DNA of 64,000 nucleotides from Deltaproteobacteria bacterium (lineage in GTDB: Bacteria; Myxococcota_A; UBA9160; SMWR01). The notes beneath the pieces are model-generated. The model was not told the DNA's origin and did no database searches. It saw only the letters and a list, made by a program, of their open reading frames with translations. The DNA lies in contig JAQBHB010000082.1 of NCBI GenBank assembly GCA_032128115.1, positions 24,781 to 88,780 on the forward strand, in the 5' to 3' direction. Each line of letters begins with the position of its first letter. The stretch's first letter is position 1. Below, in pieces: positions 27,281 through 38,634 of the stretch. Both the position numbers and the translations under genes were made by a program.

Positions 27281-28747
27281 ATGCTGGCTCTGAAAAGAGA
27301 GATCGATCAGGTCGCGAAGGACAAGGGCATCGACGCCCGCGAGATCATCGGCGCCCTGGAAGAGGCGATGAAGCAGGCCGCTCGCAAGGAGCGCGGTCTC
27401 GAGACGGAGATCGAGGCGCGGTACAACGAAGAGCTGGGGGAGATCGAGCTCTTCGAGTTCCGCGAGGTCGTCGCGGAAGTGACCGACGCGAAGTCGCAGA
27501 TCAACGCTGCGGATGCCAAGGCCTACGACCCGGAAGCCGAGCTCGGCGACGAGATCGGCGTGAAGATGGATTCATCCGGATTCGGACGCATCCTGGCCCA
27601 GACGGCAAAGCAGGTGATCATCCAGCGCATTCGCGAGGCGGAGCGAGACAACGTCTACGAGGAATACAAGGACCGCGCTGGCGAGATCGTCAACGGCATC
27701 GTCCGGCGCTTCGAAAAGGGCGCCATCATCGTCGATCTGGGGCGGGCGGAGGCGGTGCTGCCCCTGTCCCAGCAGGTGCCGCGGGAGACGTATCGCCCCA
27801 ACGACCGGCTGCGCGCGTATGTGATCGATGTCAACAAGGCGGCCAAGGGCTCGCAGATCGTGTTGTCGCGCACCTGCATGGAGATGCTCACGAAGCTCTT
27901 CGAGCAGGAGGTGCCCGAGATGTACGAGGGCATCGTGTCGATCCAGTCGGCCGCCCGCGAGCCCGGCGGGCGTTCCAAGATTGCCGTGGTATCGCGCGAT
28001 TCCGATGTGGACCCGGTGGGCGCTTGCGTGGGCATGAAGGGCAGTCGTGTGCAGGCGGTGGTCCAGGAGCTGCGGGGCGAGCGAATCGATATCGTTCCGT
28101 GGAGCCCGGACCCGGCGCGTTACGTGTGCACGGCCCTGTCGCCGGCCCAGGTGTCCAAGGTGATCATCGACGACGCCGCGAAGTCCATGGATGTGATCGT
28201 CCCCGACGATCAACTGTCGTTGGCCATTGGACGCAAGGGACAGAACGTCCGACTCGCCGTGCAGCTCACCGGCTGGCGGATCGACATCAAGAGCGAGTCG
28301 AAGATGCGCGAGCTGGCCAGGTGGCTGGCCGAGGCCGTCTCGGTGGTGGACGGCTGCGGCGACGCGGACGCGGAGCTGCTCCTGCAGCAGGGCATCACGT
28401 CGCTCGAGGATCTGGCCCAGAGCCAGTCCGACCTGCTCACCTCGATCCCGGGCATCGACGAGGCCGGCGCAAAGCGAATCCGGGAGAACGCCCTGGTGCT
28501 GGCCGCGCGCAAGAAGGTCGAGGAGGAATCGGCAGCGCGGCTCGCGGTCGAGCAGGCGGCCGCTGAGCGGGCCGCCGCCGAGCAGGCGGCAGTAGAAGCC
28601 GCGGCCGCGGCCGAGAGCGAGGCCACTGTGGCCGAGGCAGACTCGGCGCCGGAAGATTCCGAGCCGAGCGCAGAGGGGGAGGGAGCTCCGGCGGATTCCC
28701 AGGAGGCAGCAGCCGGCGACGAGTCCTCGGAGAAAAAGCTGAGCTAG
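27281..28747 (+). CDS. nusA: Transcription factor NusA
   Basis: FGRILAQTAKQVI, AREPGGRSKIAV, DPVGACVGMKGSRV, LSLAIGRKGQNVRLA; HhH region and acidic tail. Confidence 0.97.
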   Translation: MLALKREIDQVAKDKGIDAREIIGALEEAMKQAARKERGLETEIEARYNEELGEIELFEFREVVAEVTDAKSQINAADAKAYDPEAELGDEIGVKMDSSGFGRILAQTAKQVIIQRIREAERDNVYEEYKDRAGEIVNGIVRRFEKGAIIVDLGRAEAVLPLSQQVPRETYRPNDRLRAYVIDVNKAAKGSQIVLSRTCMEMLTKLFEQEVPEMYEGIVSIQSAAREPGGRSKIAVVSRDSDVDPVGACVGMKGSRVQAVVQELRGERIDIVPWSPDPARYVCTALSPAQVSKVIIDDAAKSMDVIVPDDQLSLAIGRKGQNVRLAVQLTGWRIDIKSESKMRELARWLAEAVSVVDGCGDADAELLLQQGITSLEDLAQSQSDLLTSIPGIDEAGAKRIRENALVLAARKKVEEESAARLAVEQAAAERAAAEQAAVEAAAAAESEATVAEADSAPEDSEPSAEGEGAPADSQEAAAGDESSEKKLS

Positions 28748-28796
28748 CGCAGCTGGCTCCTCCGCGGTGGCTCGCACGCGCCGCGATCAGGTGGAT

Positions 28797-31196
28797 ATGG
28801 CGAAGATCAGAGCTTACAAACTGGCCCAGGAGCTGGGGATCGAGCGTGCCGACATCGTCGAGAGGGCGGCGGCCGTAGGGGTCGAACTCAAGAGTTCGAT
28901 GGCGTCCGTCGACGACGAGGACGCCGACCGGCTGCGTCAGAAGCTCGGCGGCGCCCAGGCGCGCAGCAAGCTGGTCACCGAGGAGCGAGTGCTGCGCACG
29001 GGCGGTGCCGTGATCCGGAGGCGCCGCAAGGCGGCCGAGCCCGAGCCGATCGTCGAGGCGGAGCCCCTGCCCGCGCCGGTGGGCTTCGCAGCCGAGCCGG
29101 CCGAAGTGGAACCGCCGAGTCCCGAGCCGGAAGAAGTTCTGGAGCCGACCCCGGACTCCATCGCCCCGGACAGCGAGCCGACCCGGCCCGCCGCCTCTGG
29201 ACGCGAGCGCCCGGACACCCAGGCCAAGGAGTCGCCCCAGGAAGCGGACCGGAACGCCAAGCAGCGCAAGCGGGTGCGCGAGGTGGTGAACCTGCGCGAG
29301 CAGGAGCGGCTTGCGCGCCAGGCGACCGGGCGTGCAGCGCCCATGCGGCGCCAGGTCACGCTCGAGCCGCGCAGCGCCGTGTCGCCGCGCCTGCGGCGTC
29401 GCGATGCACTTCAGACCCGGAAGCCCGTGGCGAAGGAGGCCAAGCGCGTGATCCGCGTCGAGGGCTCGGTGAACGTGGGCGAGCTGGCCAAGATGCTGGG
29501 CGAGAAGTCGCCCGCAGTGCAGAAGAAGCTCATGTCGCTGGGCACCATGGTGTCCATCAGCCAGGCGGTAGATGCGGACACCGCGCGCAAGGTAGCCGCC
29601 GAGTTCGGGTACGACGTCCAGGATACGGGCTTCCGCGAGGCGGAATATCTGGAGAAGCCCGCCGAGGAGGGGGGCGCCAACCTCCGGCCGCGCCCCGCCA
29701 TCGTCACCGTGATGGGCCACGTGGACCACGGCAAGACGTCCCTGCTCGACGCCATCCGACGCACCAACGTGGTGGCGGGCGAGGCCGGCGGGATCACCCA
29801 GCACATCGGTGCGTACCAGGTCGCGGTCGGAGACAAGAAGATCACGTTCATCGACACACCGGGACACGAGGCGTTCACCGCCATGCGGGCGCGCGGCGCC
29901 CAGGCGACGGACGTGGTGATCCTGGTGGTGGCTGCCACCGACGGCATCATGCCCCAGACGGTCGAGGCCATCGATCACGCCAAGGCAGCGGGCGTTCCCC
30001 TCGTGGTGGCCATCAACAAGATCGATATGCCCGGCGCCAACGCCAAGCAGACCCGCCAGCGCCTCCTGGAGCACGACCTGGTGCCCGAGGAATTCGGCGG
30101 CGAGACCATCTGCGTGGACGTGTCGGCAACCCAGGGCACCAACCTGGACAAGCTGCTCGAGATGGTATTGCTGCAGGCGGAGCTGCTCGAGCTCAAGGCC
30201 GATGCCAGCCGGAAGGCCACCGGAGTCGTCCTCGAATCCCGCCTGGACACGGGGCGCGGCCCGGTGGCCACGGTATTGGTGCAGGAGGGCACGCTCAGGC
30301 CCGGCGATATCATGGTGGTCGGCACGGTCTGGGGTCGCGTGCGGGCCGTGGAGGACGAGAACCGCCAACGCATGCAGGAGGCGCCGCCGTCGTGCCCGGT
30401 GCAGGTGATCGGCCTGGGGTCCGTTCCCGAGGCGGGCGGTATCGTGCACGTCGTCGAGAGCGAGCGTGTGGCCAAGGACATCGTCGGTCACCGCCTGGCT
30501 GAGCGACGGGCCGGGCCCAGCGAGGAGATCCCGCGAATCACCCTGGACGACTTCTTCGCGCAGTCCGGGGGGGGTGGCATCAAGGAGCTTCCGCTCGTGC
30601 TCAAGGCCGACGTGCACGGGTCCGTGGAGGCGGTGCGCGATGCACTGCTGAAGCTCTCGCGAGACGCCATCAAGGTGAACGTGCTCCACACGGGCGTGGG
30701 AGCCATTACCGAGACCGATGTGATGCTCGCCAAGGCCAGTGGCGCGATCATCGTGGGCTTCCACGTGCGTCCCGATCCGGCCGGACGCAAGGCCGCCGAG
30801 AGCCAGGGAGTCGATGTCCGGATCTACCGGATCATCTACGAGGTGGTGGACGACGTGCGGCTGGCCATGGCCGGACTGCTGCCGCCCACCGTGACCGAGG
30901 CGTTCCTGGGCCGTGCCGCGGTGCGCCAGATCTTCAGCGTGCCCAAGGTGGGCACCATCGCCGGCTCCCAGGTGCTCGAGGGCGTGATCCGCCGCGGCGG
31001 CTCCGCGCGGCTGGTGCGCGACGGGGTCCAGATCTTCGAGGGCAAGGTGGGATCGCTCAAGCGCTTCAAGGACGACGCGCGTGAAGTGGCGACGGGAATC
31101 GAGTGCGGAATCGGGATCGATGGTTACAACGACATCAAGGAAGGTGACGTCATCGAAGCCTACGTGCTCGAGGAGAAGCCTGCATTGCTCGATTGA
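28797..31196 (+). CDS. infB: Translation initiation factor IF-2
   Basis: [46 protein letters not shown]...ECGI. Confidence 0.97.
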   Translation: MAKIRAYKLAQELGIERADIVERAAAVGVELKSSMASVDDEDADRLRQKLGGAQARSKLVTEERVLRTGGAVIRRRRKAAEPEPIVEAEPLPAPVGFAAEPAEVEPPSPEPEEVLEPTPDSIAPDSEPTRPAASGRERPDTQAKESPQEADRNAKQRKRVREVVNLREQERLARQATGRAAPMRRQVTLEPRSAVSPRLRRRDALQTRKPVAKEAKRVIRVEGSVNVGELAKMLGEKSPAVQKKLMSLGTMVSISQAVDADTARKVAAEFGYDVQDTGFREAEYLEKPAEEGGANLRPRPAIVTVMGHVDHGKTSLLDAIRRTNVVAGEAGGITQHIGAYQVAVGDKKITFIDTPGHEAFTAMRARGAQATDVVILVVAATDGIMPQTVEAIDHAKAAGVPLVVAINKIDMPGANAKQTRQRLLEHDLVPEEFGGETICVDVSATQGTNLDKLLEMVLLQAELLELKADASRKATGVVLESRLDTGRGPVATVLVQEGTLRPGDIMVVGTVWGRVRAVEDENRQRMQEAPPSCPVQVIGLGSVPEAGGIVHVVESERVAKDIVGHRLAERRAGPSEEIPRITLDDFFAQSGGGGIKELPLVLKADVHGSVEAVRDALLKLSRDAIKVNVLHTGVGAITETDVMLAKASGAIIVGFHVRPDPAGRKAAESQGVDVRIYRIIYEVVDDVRLAMAGLLPPTVTEAFLGRAAVRQIFSVPKVGTIAGSQVLEGVIRRGGSARLVRDGVQIFEGKVGSLKRFKDDAREVATGIECGIGIDGYNDIKEGDVIEAYVLEEKPALLD

Positions 31197-31525
31197 TCGT
31201 CGGCGCCGCAGTCGTCGAACTCACCGTTCACGGCTCGCAATCGCTGAAGCAGAAGCGCGGCGTAGTGCGCTCGATCAGCCAGCGGGTGCGCAATCGCTTC
31301 AATCTGTCGGTAGCCGAGGTGGGCGGTCAGGGCACCTGGCAGCACGCGGTACTGGGCCTGTCGGCGGTGGGCGGAGACGCGGTCAACGTGCGCAGGGTGC
31401 TCGACCGCGCGGTCGTGTTCATCGAGGAACTCCACCTGGCCGAGGTGGCCCACAGCGACGTAGAGATCCTGGATCTGCCCACCGTAGACGGCGGGGAACT
31501 CGGCAGATGGGACCACGAGGAGTGA
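31193..31525 (+). CDS. DUF503 (YlxP) family protein
   Basis: SLKQKRGVVRS...RFNLSVAEV; usual position between infB and rbfA. Confidence 0.85.
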   Translation: MIVGAAVVELTVHGSQSLKQKRGVVRSISQRVRNRFNLSVAEVGGQGTWQHAVLGLSAVGGDAVNVRRVLDRAVVFIEELHLAEVAHSDVEILDLPTVDGGELGRWDHEE

Positions 31526-31529
31526 CACC

Positions 31530-31877
31530 GTGTCGCGACGCACGGAGAGGATCGGCGAGGATCTCCGGGGAGAGATCGCGCGCGTCCTGCACGAAGACGT
31601 CTCGGATCCCCGGATCGAGATGGTGAGCCTGACGCGGGTGGACGTGGCACCGGACCTCTCTCACGCCCTGGTGTTCTGGAGTTCGTTGCAGTCGGAATCG
31701 ATCGATCGCATCCAGGAGGGGCTGGAGAGTGCCGCCGCGTTCGTTCGCCGCCGGCTGGCCCGCCAGCTTCCGCTCAAACGCACGCCCGAGCTGCGCTTCC
31801 GTCACGATCCGTCACTCCACCTGGGCGACCAGACCCTGTCGCTGATCCGAGACCTGGACGATGGTGAAGTCTCGTAG
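31530..31877 (+). CDS. rbfA: Ribosome-binding factor A
   Basis: RRTERI...DPRI...TRVDVAPDLSHA...KRTPELRF. Confidence 0.93.
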   Translation: MSRRTERIGEDLRGEIARVLHEDVSDPRIEMVSLTRVDVAPDLSHALVFWSSLQSESIDRIQEGLESAAAFVRRRLARQLPLKRTPELRFRHDPSLHLGDQTLSLIRDLDDGEVS

Positions 31878-32808
31878 GCGACGCGCGACGGAACGGCCGG
31901 GACCGGCCGGATTCCTGGTGGTGGACAAGCCCACCGGCTTGACGTCCCACGACGTGGTGGCGATCGCGCGGCGCTGGCTGGGCACGCGCCGCGTGGGGCA
32001 CCTGGGAACCCTGGACCCGCTGGCCACGGGCGTGCTGCCCCTGGCGGTGCGAGAGGCCACCAAGCTGGTGCCGTTTCTCGAAGGGGGCACCAAGGGCTAC
32101 GCGGGGGCCATCCGCCTGGGATCGGAAACCGACACGCTGGACGCCGAGGGCCGGGTGCTGCGCGAGCACCAGGGGGCGCTCCCCGATGTGGCCGCCGTGC
32201 GGGCCGCACTGGCGGGATTCCGCGGTGAGATCCAGCAGGTGCCCCCCATGTTCAGCGCCGTCAAGCAGGGCGGTGTGCCCCTGCATCGGTTGGCGCGCGA
32301 GGGTCGCGAGGTGGATCGCGCACCCAAGTCGGTTCGCATCGACCGCGTGGAGCTGTTGGCCTACGCGCCGCCGCTGGTGGAGATCGAGGTGGTGTGTTCG
32401 GCGGGTACCTACGTGCGGGCACTGGCCGCCGACCTGGGCCGTGTCCTGGGCTGTGGCGCACACCTGGCCTCCCTGCGGCGCACCTGGAGTGCACCCTTCG
32501 AGGCGGCCCAGGCCCTGACCGTCCAGGTGTTGGAGTCCGAGGCGGAGGCGGGCAAGCTGGAGGCGAGGCTGATCCCGTCCGCCGTGGCCCTGGGCTTCCC
32601 GGTGTTGTGCCTGGATCGGGACGACACCCGCAGGGTGCTCCACGGTGCCGAGATCGCCCCCCTGGGATCGCCCTTTCCGGATCTGGCCACGGGCTCCCGG
32701 GTGACGGCGCTGGAGCCTGGCGGGGAGATGGTGGCCGTGCTGGAGATGAGGCCGGGTCGCCGGCTGCATCCGCTGCGCGTCTTGCGCTCGCTTGCCCCGC
32801 CCGGGTAG
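31861..32808 (+). CDS. truB: tRNA pseudouridine(55) synthase
   Basis: DKPTGLTSHDVV, GHLGTLDPLATGVL, QVPPMFSAVK, CSAGTYVRALA. Confidence 0.95.
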   Translation: MVKSRRRRATERPGPAGFLVVDKPTGLTSHDVVAIARRWLGTRRVGHLGTLDPLATGVLPLAVREATKLVPFLEGGTKGYAGAIRLGSETDTLDAEGRVLREHQGALPDVAAVRAALAGFRGEIQQVPPMFSAVKQGGVPLHRLAREGREVDRAPKSVRIDRVELLAYAPPLVEIEVVCSAGTYVRALAADLGRVLGCGAHLASLRRTWSAPFEAAQALTVQVLESEAEAGKLEARLIPSAVALGFPVLCLDRDDTRRVLHGAEIAPLGSPFPDLATGSRVTALEPGGEMVAVLEMRPGRRLHPLRVLRSLAPPG

Positions 32809-32868
32809 CTCTGTCACACTCCCGCCCGGTAAAGGAAAAGACGTGAGAAACCGCAAGGAAAGCCAGCG

Positions 32869-33144
32869 TTGAGCACATCGACTGTCAGGGCGATCGCGGG
32901 CGAGACGCTCGCAGCCTACCGAGCCCACGAAAAAGACACGGGATCTTCGGAGGTTCAGATTGCCCTGTTCACCGAACGTATCAACGGGCTGTCCGAGCAC
33001 TTCAAAGCACATACGAAGGATCATCATTCGCGTCGGGGCCTTTTGAAGCTGGTAAGTCGGCGCAGACGACTGCTCGACTACTTGCACCGCAAGAGCCCCG
33101 ACCGGTACCAGGCGCTCATCGAGCGTCTGGGGTTGCGCCGCTGA
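32869..33144 (+). CDS. rpsO: 30S ribosomal protein S15
   Basis: [16 protein letters not shown]...[13 protein letters not shown]...LGLRR; TTG start uncertain. Confidence 0.95.
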   Translation: MSTSTVRAIAGETLAAYRAHEKDTGSSEVQIALFTERINGLSEHFKAHTKDHHSRRGLLKLVSRRRRLLDYLHRKSPDRYQALIERLGLRR

Positions 33145-33203
33145 AGGGCGCTGGCACAGGGTCGGCGAACTCCGCGGACATTACAGAAAGACGGTCGGCG
33201 CAG

Positions 33204-33285
33204 GACGCGCCGCCGTGGGATGCGGAACTCTGTCATACGCGAAGTCTGGACTTCGCGCATCACTGATTCCGCATTCCATCGCGTC
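33204..33285 (+). promoter_or_regulatory. Long stem-loop in the pnp leader
   Basis: Nested pairing gacgcg/cgcgtc, tgggatgcggaa/ttccgcattcca and cgcgaagtc-tg-gacttcgcg. Confidence 0.6.
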
Positions 33286-33375
33286 TCGTTCCCAATTACC
33301 CCTCGCGCCGTCTTCCCCGTCGAACAAGCACTCCGGCCCTCCCAGATTCGAGGCTCGGAGAGGAGACGCTATTTC

Positions 33376-35562
33376 ATGCCTTCCTATTGGTTTCAACCCG
33401 AAACGATTTCCCTGGACGTGGGTGGTCGCGAGCTGACGATCGAGACGGGCCGCCTTGCCAAGCAGGCCGCCGCTGCCGTGGTCGTATCCTACGGCGAGAC
33501 GTCGGTGCTGGTCACCGCGACCCGCGCAAAGCCCCGCGAGGGCATCGACTTCTTCCCGCTGGTGGTGGACTTCGTCGAGAAGACCTCGGCCGCCGGCAAG
33601 ATTCCCGGCGGCTTCTTCAAGCGGGAGGGCCGGCTCTCGGACCGGGAGATCCTGGTCTGCCGCTTCATCGATCGCTCCATCCGACCGCTCTTCAAGGCCG
33701 GCTACCGGGACGAGACCCAGGTGACGGCCACGGTGCTGTCCGCCGACGGCGAGAACCTGCCGGACATCCCCGCCTTCATTGGCGCGTCCGCGGCGCTCAC
33801 CCTCTCCCCGCTGCCCTTCCTGGGGCCGCTGGGAGCCGTGCGTGTCGGTCGCATCGAAGGCACCCTGATCACCAACCCCACCCCGGAGCAGATTGCCGAG
33901 AGCGATCTGGAGCTGATCGTGGGGGCCTCCCGCGGCGCCCTGGTGATGGTAGAGGGCAACGCCCGTCAGGTGTCGGAATCGGAGATCCTCGAGGCCCTCA
34001 AATACGCCCACTCGGAGATCGTCAAACAGATCGATGCCCAGGAGGACCTGCAGAAAAGGGCGGGTCAGCCCGAGATGGAAGTGACACCGCCGCCGGATCG
34101 AACGGATCTGGACAAGCGGGTGCGCAATGCGGCGGGGGTGCGCCTGGACGAAGCGGTCCAGATCCGCACGAAGGCAGAGCGCTACGCCTCCATCGCCGAC
34201 GTGGAGAAGTCGGTGCTCGACGACTTCGTCAGCGCCTACCGCAAGGAGCCGGCGACGCTCGACACCCTGGAGGCCGTCGAGGCGCGCCAGAACGGACTTC
34301 GCAAGCTCAGCGGCGACGTGAAGGACTCGCTCCACGACCTGCGCTCACAATTGGTGCGCAAACGGATCATCGAGGACAAGATCCGGATCGACGGGCGCGG
34401 TCTGGCGGACGTGCGCCAGATTGCCTGCGAGGTGCGGCCCCTGCCGCGGCCTCACGGCGCCGCGATCTTCACTCGTGGCGAGACCCAGGCCCTGGTGCTC
34501 ACCACCCTGGGCGGCCGCTTCGACGAGCAGACCATCGACGGTCTGACGGCGCGGGTCTCGAAGCGCTTCTTCCTCCACTACAACTTCCCGCCGTTCTCGG
34601 TGGGCGAGGCTCGCATGCTGCGGGGTCCCGGCCGCCGCGAGGTGGGCCACGGCAACCTGGCCGAGAAGGCCATTCAATCGGTGCTGCCCGAGAATGAGGC
34701 GTTCCCGTACACGATTCGCATCGTGTCGGAGATTCTGGAGTCGAACGGCTCCTCGTCCATGGCCACGATCTGCGGCGCCACGCTGTCCCTCATGGACGCG
34801 GGTGTACCCATCAAGGCGCCGGTGGCGGGCATTGCCATGGGCCTGATCGCGGAGGCTGGCCGGGTGGCGGTGCTCTCGGACATCCTGGGCGACGAGGATC
34901 ACCTGGGCGATATGGACTTCAAGGTGGCCGGTACCCGCGAGGGCATCACCGCGCTCCAGATGGACATCAAGATCGAGAGCGTCGATTGGCAGGTGATGGA
35001 GGACGCCCTCGAGCAGGCCCGGGTGGGGCGGCTGCACATCCTCGAATGCATGGAGAAGGAGACCGCCGGGGAATTCGACAATTTCCAGCCCCGGCCCGAG
35101 CTCTCGCGCTACGCACCGAGGGTGCGCATGATCCATATCAAGCCGGATCGCATCCGCGACGTGATCGGGCCAGGCGGAAAGGTGATCCGCGCCATCCAGG
35201 AGACCACCGGCACCAAGATCGACATCAACGACAACGGCGAGGTCACGATCTTCTCGCCCGACGGGGATGCCATGGATCGGGCCGAGGCGATGGTGCAGGA
35301 GCTCACCCAGGAGGCGGAACTCGACCGCGTCTACATGGGCAAGGTGCGACGCATCACCGACTTCGGTGCCTTCGTGGAGATCTTCCCCGGCACCGATGGG
35401 CTGATCCACATCAGCCACCTGGCCGAGGGCCGCGTCGAGCGCGTCACCGATGTGGTCGAAGAGGGCGACGAGGTGCTGGTGAAATGCATCGACATCGACC
35501 CCACGGGTCGCGTCCGCCTGTCGCGCAAGGAGGCGCTGGCGGCGGCCAAGGCCCAGGACTGA
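33376..35562 (+). CDS. pnp: Polyribonucleotide nucleotidyltransferase (PNPase)
   Basis: [59 protein letters not shown] and S1 domains. Confidence 0.97.
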   Translation: MPSYWFQPETISLDVGGRELTIETGRLAKQAAAAVVVSYGETSVLVTATRAKPREGIDFFPLVVDFVEKTSAAGKIPGGFFKREGRLSDREILVCRFIDRSIRPLFKAGYRDETQVTATVLSADGENLPDIPAFIGASAALTLSPLPFLGPLGAVRVGRIEGTLITNPTPEQIAESDLELIVGASRGALVMVEGNARQVSESEILEALKYAHSEIVKQIDAQEDLQKRAGQPEMEVTPPPDRTDLDKRVRNAAGVRLDEAVQIRTKAERYASIADVEKSVLDDFVSAYRKEPATLDTLEAVEARQNGLRKLSGDVKDSLHDLRSQLVRKRIIEDKIRIDGRGLADVRQIACEVRPLPRPHGAAIFTRGETQALVLTTLGGRFDEQTIDGLTARVSKRFFLHYNFPPFSVGEARMLRGPGRREVGHGNLAEKAIQSVLPENEAFPYTIRIVSEILESNGSSSMATICGATLSLMDAGVPIKAPVAGIAMGLIAEAGRVAVLSDILGDEDHLGDMDFKVAGTREGITALQMDIKIESVDWQVMEDALEQARVGRLHILECMEKETAGEFDNFQPRPELSRYAPRVRMIHIKPDRIRDVIGPGGKVIRAIQETTGTKIDINDNGEVTIFSPDGDAMDRAEAMVQELTQEAELDRVYMGKVRRITDFGAFVEIFPGTDGLIHISHLAEGRVERVTDVVEEGDEVLVKCIDIDPTGRVRLSRKEALAAAKAQD

Positions 35563-35575
35563 GCGGGATGCGATC

Positions 35576-36058
35576 GTGACCGGGTCGGTGCGCGTTCGGA
35601 TCGCTCGCCGGCCCGGTGCCGACGATCTGGCCCTGCCATCGGCCGCCACGCCGGGCTCGGTCGGATGGGACCTGCCGGCCGCCGTCGAATCTCCCGTCGT
35701 GATCGCCCCGGGCGATCGCGTCCTGATTCCCACTGGCTTCAGCATCGGGTTGCCCGACGGTTACGAGGCGCAGGTGCGCCCTCGCAGCGGCCTGGCCCTC
35801 GACCACGGCATCCTGCTTCCCAACGCCCCGGGTACGATAGACTCCGACTACCGGGGGGAGGTGAAGGTCATCCTGTACAACGCGGGGGAGAAGGCCTTCA
35901 CGGTCCGCCGCGGCGATCGCATCGCACAGCTGGTGATCGCACCGGTGGCGAGGGCCTCCTGGCAGGAGGTGGAGACCCTGGAGGCCACTGCGCGCGGCGC
36001 CGGCGGCTTCGGGCACAGCGGCCGACGGGGTTCCGGGTGCGACGGGGAGGAAACGTGA
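35576..36058 (+). CDS. dut: dUTP diphosphatase
   Basis: [45 protein letters not shown]. Confidence 0.95.
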   Translation: MTGSVRVRIARRPGADDLALPSAATPGSVGWDLPAAVESPVVIAPGDRVLIPTGFSIGLPDGYEAQVRPRSGLALDHGILLPNAPGTIDSDYRGEVKVILYNAGEKAFTVRRGDRIAQLVIAPVARASWQEVETLEATARGAGGFGHSGRRGSGCDGEET

Positions 36059-37056
36059 GCGAGGCCAGCGTCGCCGAGGGCGAGGAGCCGGGCGCCCCCT
36101 CGGAGCCCGTGCACCCGCGCCCACCCAGCCCCTTGGAGCCCGAGCCGAAGAAGAAGCGCAGTGATCTTCCCATGCGCCTGCTGACCGCTGCCGTCCTGGT
36201 TCCGGCGGTGACCTACGTGATCTACCTGGGTGGCCTCTGGTACCTGGGCACCGTGGTGCTGATCATCCTGGTGGGCCAGTACGAGATCTACGGCCTGATT
36301 CGCGACAAGGGCGCGCACCCGCTGGTGGGCTTCGGGCTGGCGGCGGGGGCTTCGCTTCCCGTGGTGGCGTATCTGGGCAACGAGTATCACGCCACCGTTC
36401 TCATGACGGTGACGCTACTCGCGACGATGGTGCTCCAGCTGGGCAAGACCCAGATCACCGAGTCCCTGGCCAGCATCTCCGGCACCTTCTTCGGAGTCTT
36501 CTACGTGGGCTGGCTCCTCAGCCACGCCATCGTATTGCGGTTCTTCGAGGACGCGGTGGTGTCCAAGTACGGGATCGACGCGGTGCTCGACCTGGGGATC
36601 GAGCCGGCCACCGGTGCCTTCCTGATGATGTTCACGCTCTCGATCGTGGTGTGGTGCGACGCCGGCGCCTACTTCGCGGGCCGCAAGTACGGCAAGCGCA
36701 AACTGGCACCCGCCGTGTCGCCGGGCAAGAGCGTCGAGGGTGCCGTGGGCGGCGTGCTGGCGGGCACGGCTGCGGGGCTTCTGGCGAAGCTGATCTTCGA
36801 CGTGTTCTTTCCCGACCTGTCCTACTTCCTGGGGTGGATCGCGGCGGGCGTGCTGGCCCTGGTGATTTCGGTGGTGGCGATCCTGGGCGATCTGGTGGAA
36901 TCGCTGCTCAAGCGCGACGCCCGCGTGAAGGACGCGGGCAGCATCCTTCCGGGCATGGGTGGCGTGCTGGATCGCATCGATTCTCCCCTGCTGGCGATCC
37001 CGGTGATGTACTACCTGCTGCTGTTCTACGTCTTCCTGCAGGTGGGCCGGCCGTGA
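36055..37056 (+). CDS. cdsA: Phosphatidate cytidylyltransferase
   Basis: Multi-TM; DAGAYFAG, SPGKSVEG, GDLVESLLKR, KDAG..LPGMGGVLDRIDS. Confidence 0.93.
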   Translation: MSEASVAEGEEPGAPSEPVHPRPPSPLEPEPKKKRSDLPMRLLTAAVLVPAVTYVIYLGGLWYLGTVVLIILVGQYEIYGLIRDKGAHPLVGFGLAAGASLPVVAYLGNEYHATVLMTVTLLATMVLQLGKTQITESLASISGTFFGVFYVGWLLSHAIVLRFFEDAVVSKYGIDAVLDLGIEPATGAFLMMFTLSIVVWCDAGAYFAGRKYGKRKLAPAVSPGKSVEGAVGGVLAGTAAGLLAKLIFDVFFPDLSYFLGWIAAGVLALVISVVAILGDLVESLLKRDARVKDAGSILPGMGGVLDRIDSPLLAIPVMYYLLLFYVFLQVGRP

Positions 37057-38348
37057 TCGATCGCTACTCCCGCCCGGAGATGCGGGCTGTCTGGTCCGAC
37101 GAAGGCAAGTACCGCGCCTGGCTCCTGGTGGAGCTTGCCGTGTGCGACGTGCTGGCGGAGAGCGGCACCATCCCGCGCGAGGCCGTCGCCGAAATCCGAG
37201 CGAAGGCGTCGGTGGACCCGGCCCGCGTGGACGAGATCGAGAGCCAGGTGCGCCATGACGTGATCGCCTTCCTGACGGCGCTGTCGGAAGTGGTGGGGCC
37301 GGCGGCGCGCTGGGTGCACTGGGGCATGACGTCGAGCGATGTGCTGGACACGGCCCTGGCCCTGCAGATCCGCGACGCGGGCGAGCTGTTGCGCGCCGGG
37401 GTCGACCGCCTGGTCGAAGCGCTGCGCCGAAAGGCCGAGGAGTTCCGTCACACCCCGTGCATCGGCCGCACCCACGGGGTGCACGCGGAGCCCACGACTT
37501 TCGGGTTGAAGCTCCTGGTCTTCTACGCCGAAATGCGGCGCCAGAAGCAGCGTCTGGACCGCGCCCTTTGCGAGGCCGCGGTGGGAAAAATCTCCGGCGC
37601 CGTGGGCACCTTCGCGCATCTGCCCCCGAAGGTGGAGGAGGCGGTCTGCCAGAAACTCGGCATCGGCTTCGAGCTCGCGGCCACCCAGGTGGTCCAGCGC
37701 GATCGCCACGCCCACCTGGTGGGGGTTCTGGCGGGGATTGCCTCCAGCCTGGAGAAGATCGCCGTGGAGTTCCGCCATCTGGCTCGCACCGAGGTGCGCG
37801 AGGTGCAGGAGGAGTTCGGCAGGGGCCAGAAGGGCTCCTCGGCCATGCCCCACAAGCGCAACCCCTGGCGCCTGGAGAACGTCAGCGGGCTGGCGCGGGT
37901 GATGCGCGGGTACGCGGCCTCGGCGATGGAGAACCAGGTTCTCTGGCACGAGCGCGACATCAGCAACTCCTCCGTGGAGCGGGTGGTGTTTCCCGACGCC
38001 ACGGCCACCCTCGATTTCATGTTGCAGCGCCTGGCAGGGCTGGTGGAGACCCTGGTGGTCGACCCGGATCGCATGCGCGAGAACCTGGAACTCACCCGCG
38101 GACTCGCCTTCAGCGGAACGCTGCTGCTGGAACTCACCGGCAAGGGGCTCTCCCGGGACCAGGCCTACGCCCTGGTGCAGGGCCAGGCCATGAAGACCTG
38201 GGACCAGGGGGGCGACTTCCGCGAGCGCGTCCTGGGCGATGCGGCCATCTGCGAGGTGCTTTCCAAAGAAGCGATCGAGAAGGTCTTCAGCCTCGATGAG
38301 GCACTGCGCCACGTCGACGCGATCTTCGAACGAACCCTGAAGGAGTGA
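37053..38348 (+). CDS. purB: Adenylosuccinate lyase
   Basis: MIDRYSRPEM, RHDVIAF, HWGMTSSD, GRTHGVHAEPTTFG, GSSAMPHKRNP. Confidence 0.96.
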   Translation: MIDRYSRPEMRAVWSDEGKYRAWLLVELAVCDVLAESGTIPREAVAEIRAKASVDPARVDEIESQVRHDVIAFLTALSEVVGPAARWVHWGMTSSDVLDTALALQIRDAGELLRAGVDRLVEALRRKAEEFRHTPCIGRTHGVHAEPTTFGLKLLVFYAEMRRQKQRLDRALCEAAVGKISGAVGTFAHLPPKVEEAVCQKLGIGFELAATQVVQRDRHAHLVGVLAGIASSLEKIAVEFRHLARTEVREVQEEFGRGQKGSSAMPHKRNPWRLENVSGLARVMRGYAASAMENQVLWHERDISNSSVERVVFPDATATLDFMLQRLAGLVETLVVDPDRMRENLELTRGLAFSGTLLLELTGKGLSRDQAYALVQGQAMKTWDQGGDFRERVLGDAAICEVLSKEAIEKVFSLDEALRHVDAIFERTLKE

Positions 38349-38355
38349 GACCGTC

Positions 38356-38601
38356 GTGAAGGCCATCGTCCACGTGGTGCTCAAGCCCGCGGTGCTCGAT
38401 CCGCAGGGCAAGGCGATCCAGCGCGCCAGCCGCGCGCTGGGTTATGACGCGATCCGCGAGGTTCGCCAGGGCAAGCTCTTCGAGTTGACGGTCGACGCAG
38501 ACGACGAACAGCGCGCGCGCCTGCTCATCGAGGAGCTTTGCCAGAAGCTCCTCTCCAATCCGGTGATTGAGGACTACTCCATCGTGAAGCTGGAGCCGTA
38601 G
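38356..38601 (+). CDS. purS: FGAM synthase subunit PurS
   Basis: [10 protein letters not shown]...VRQGKLFEL...[11 protein letters not shown]. Confidence 0.95.
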   Translation: MKAIVHVVLKPAVLDPQGKAIQRASRALGYDAIREVRQGKLFELTVDADDEQRARLLIEELCQKLLSNPVIEDYSIVKLEP

Positions 38602-38634
38602 CGGGGCTGGGCCCCAACGATCGGAGCTGGGCTC

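Noticed and set aside
9144..30764. Long antisense ORFs (9144-11618, 13411-17451, 18784-21027, 21977-24982, 28437-30764)
   Set aside because: Each mirrors a well-supported gene on the other strand; expected from GC3 bias and scarce stop codons.
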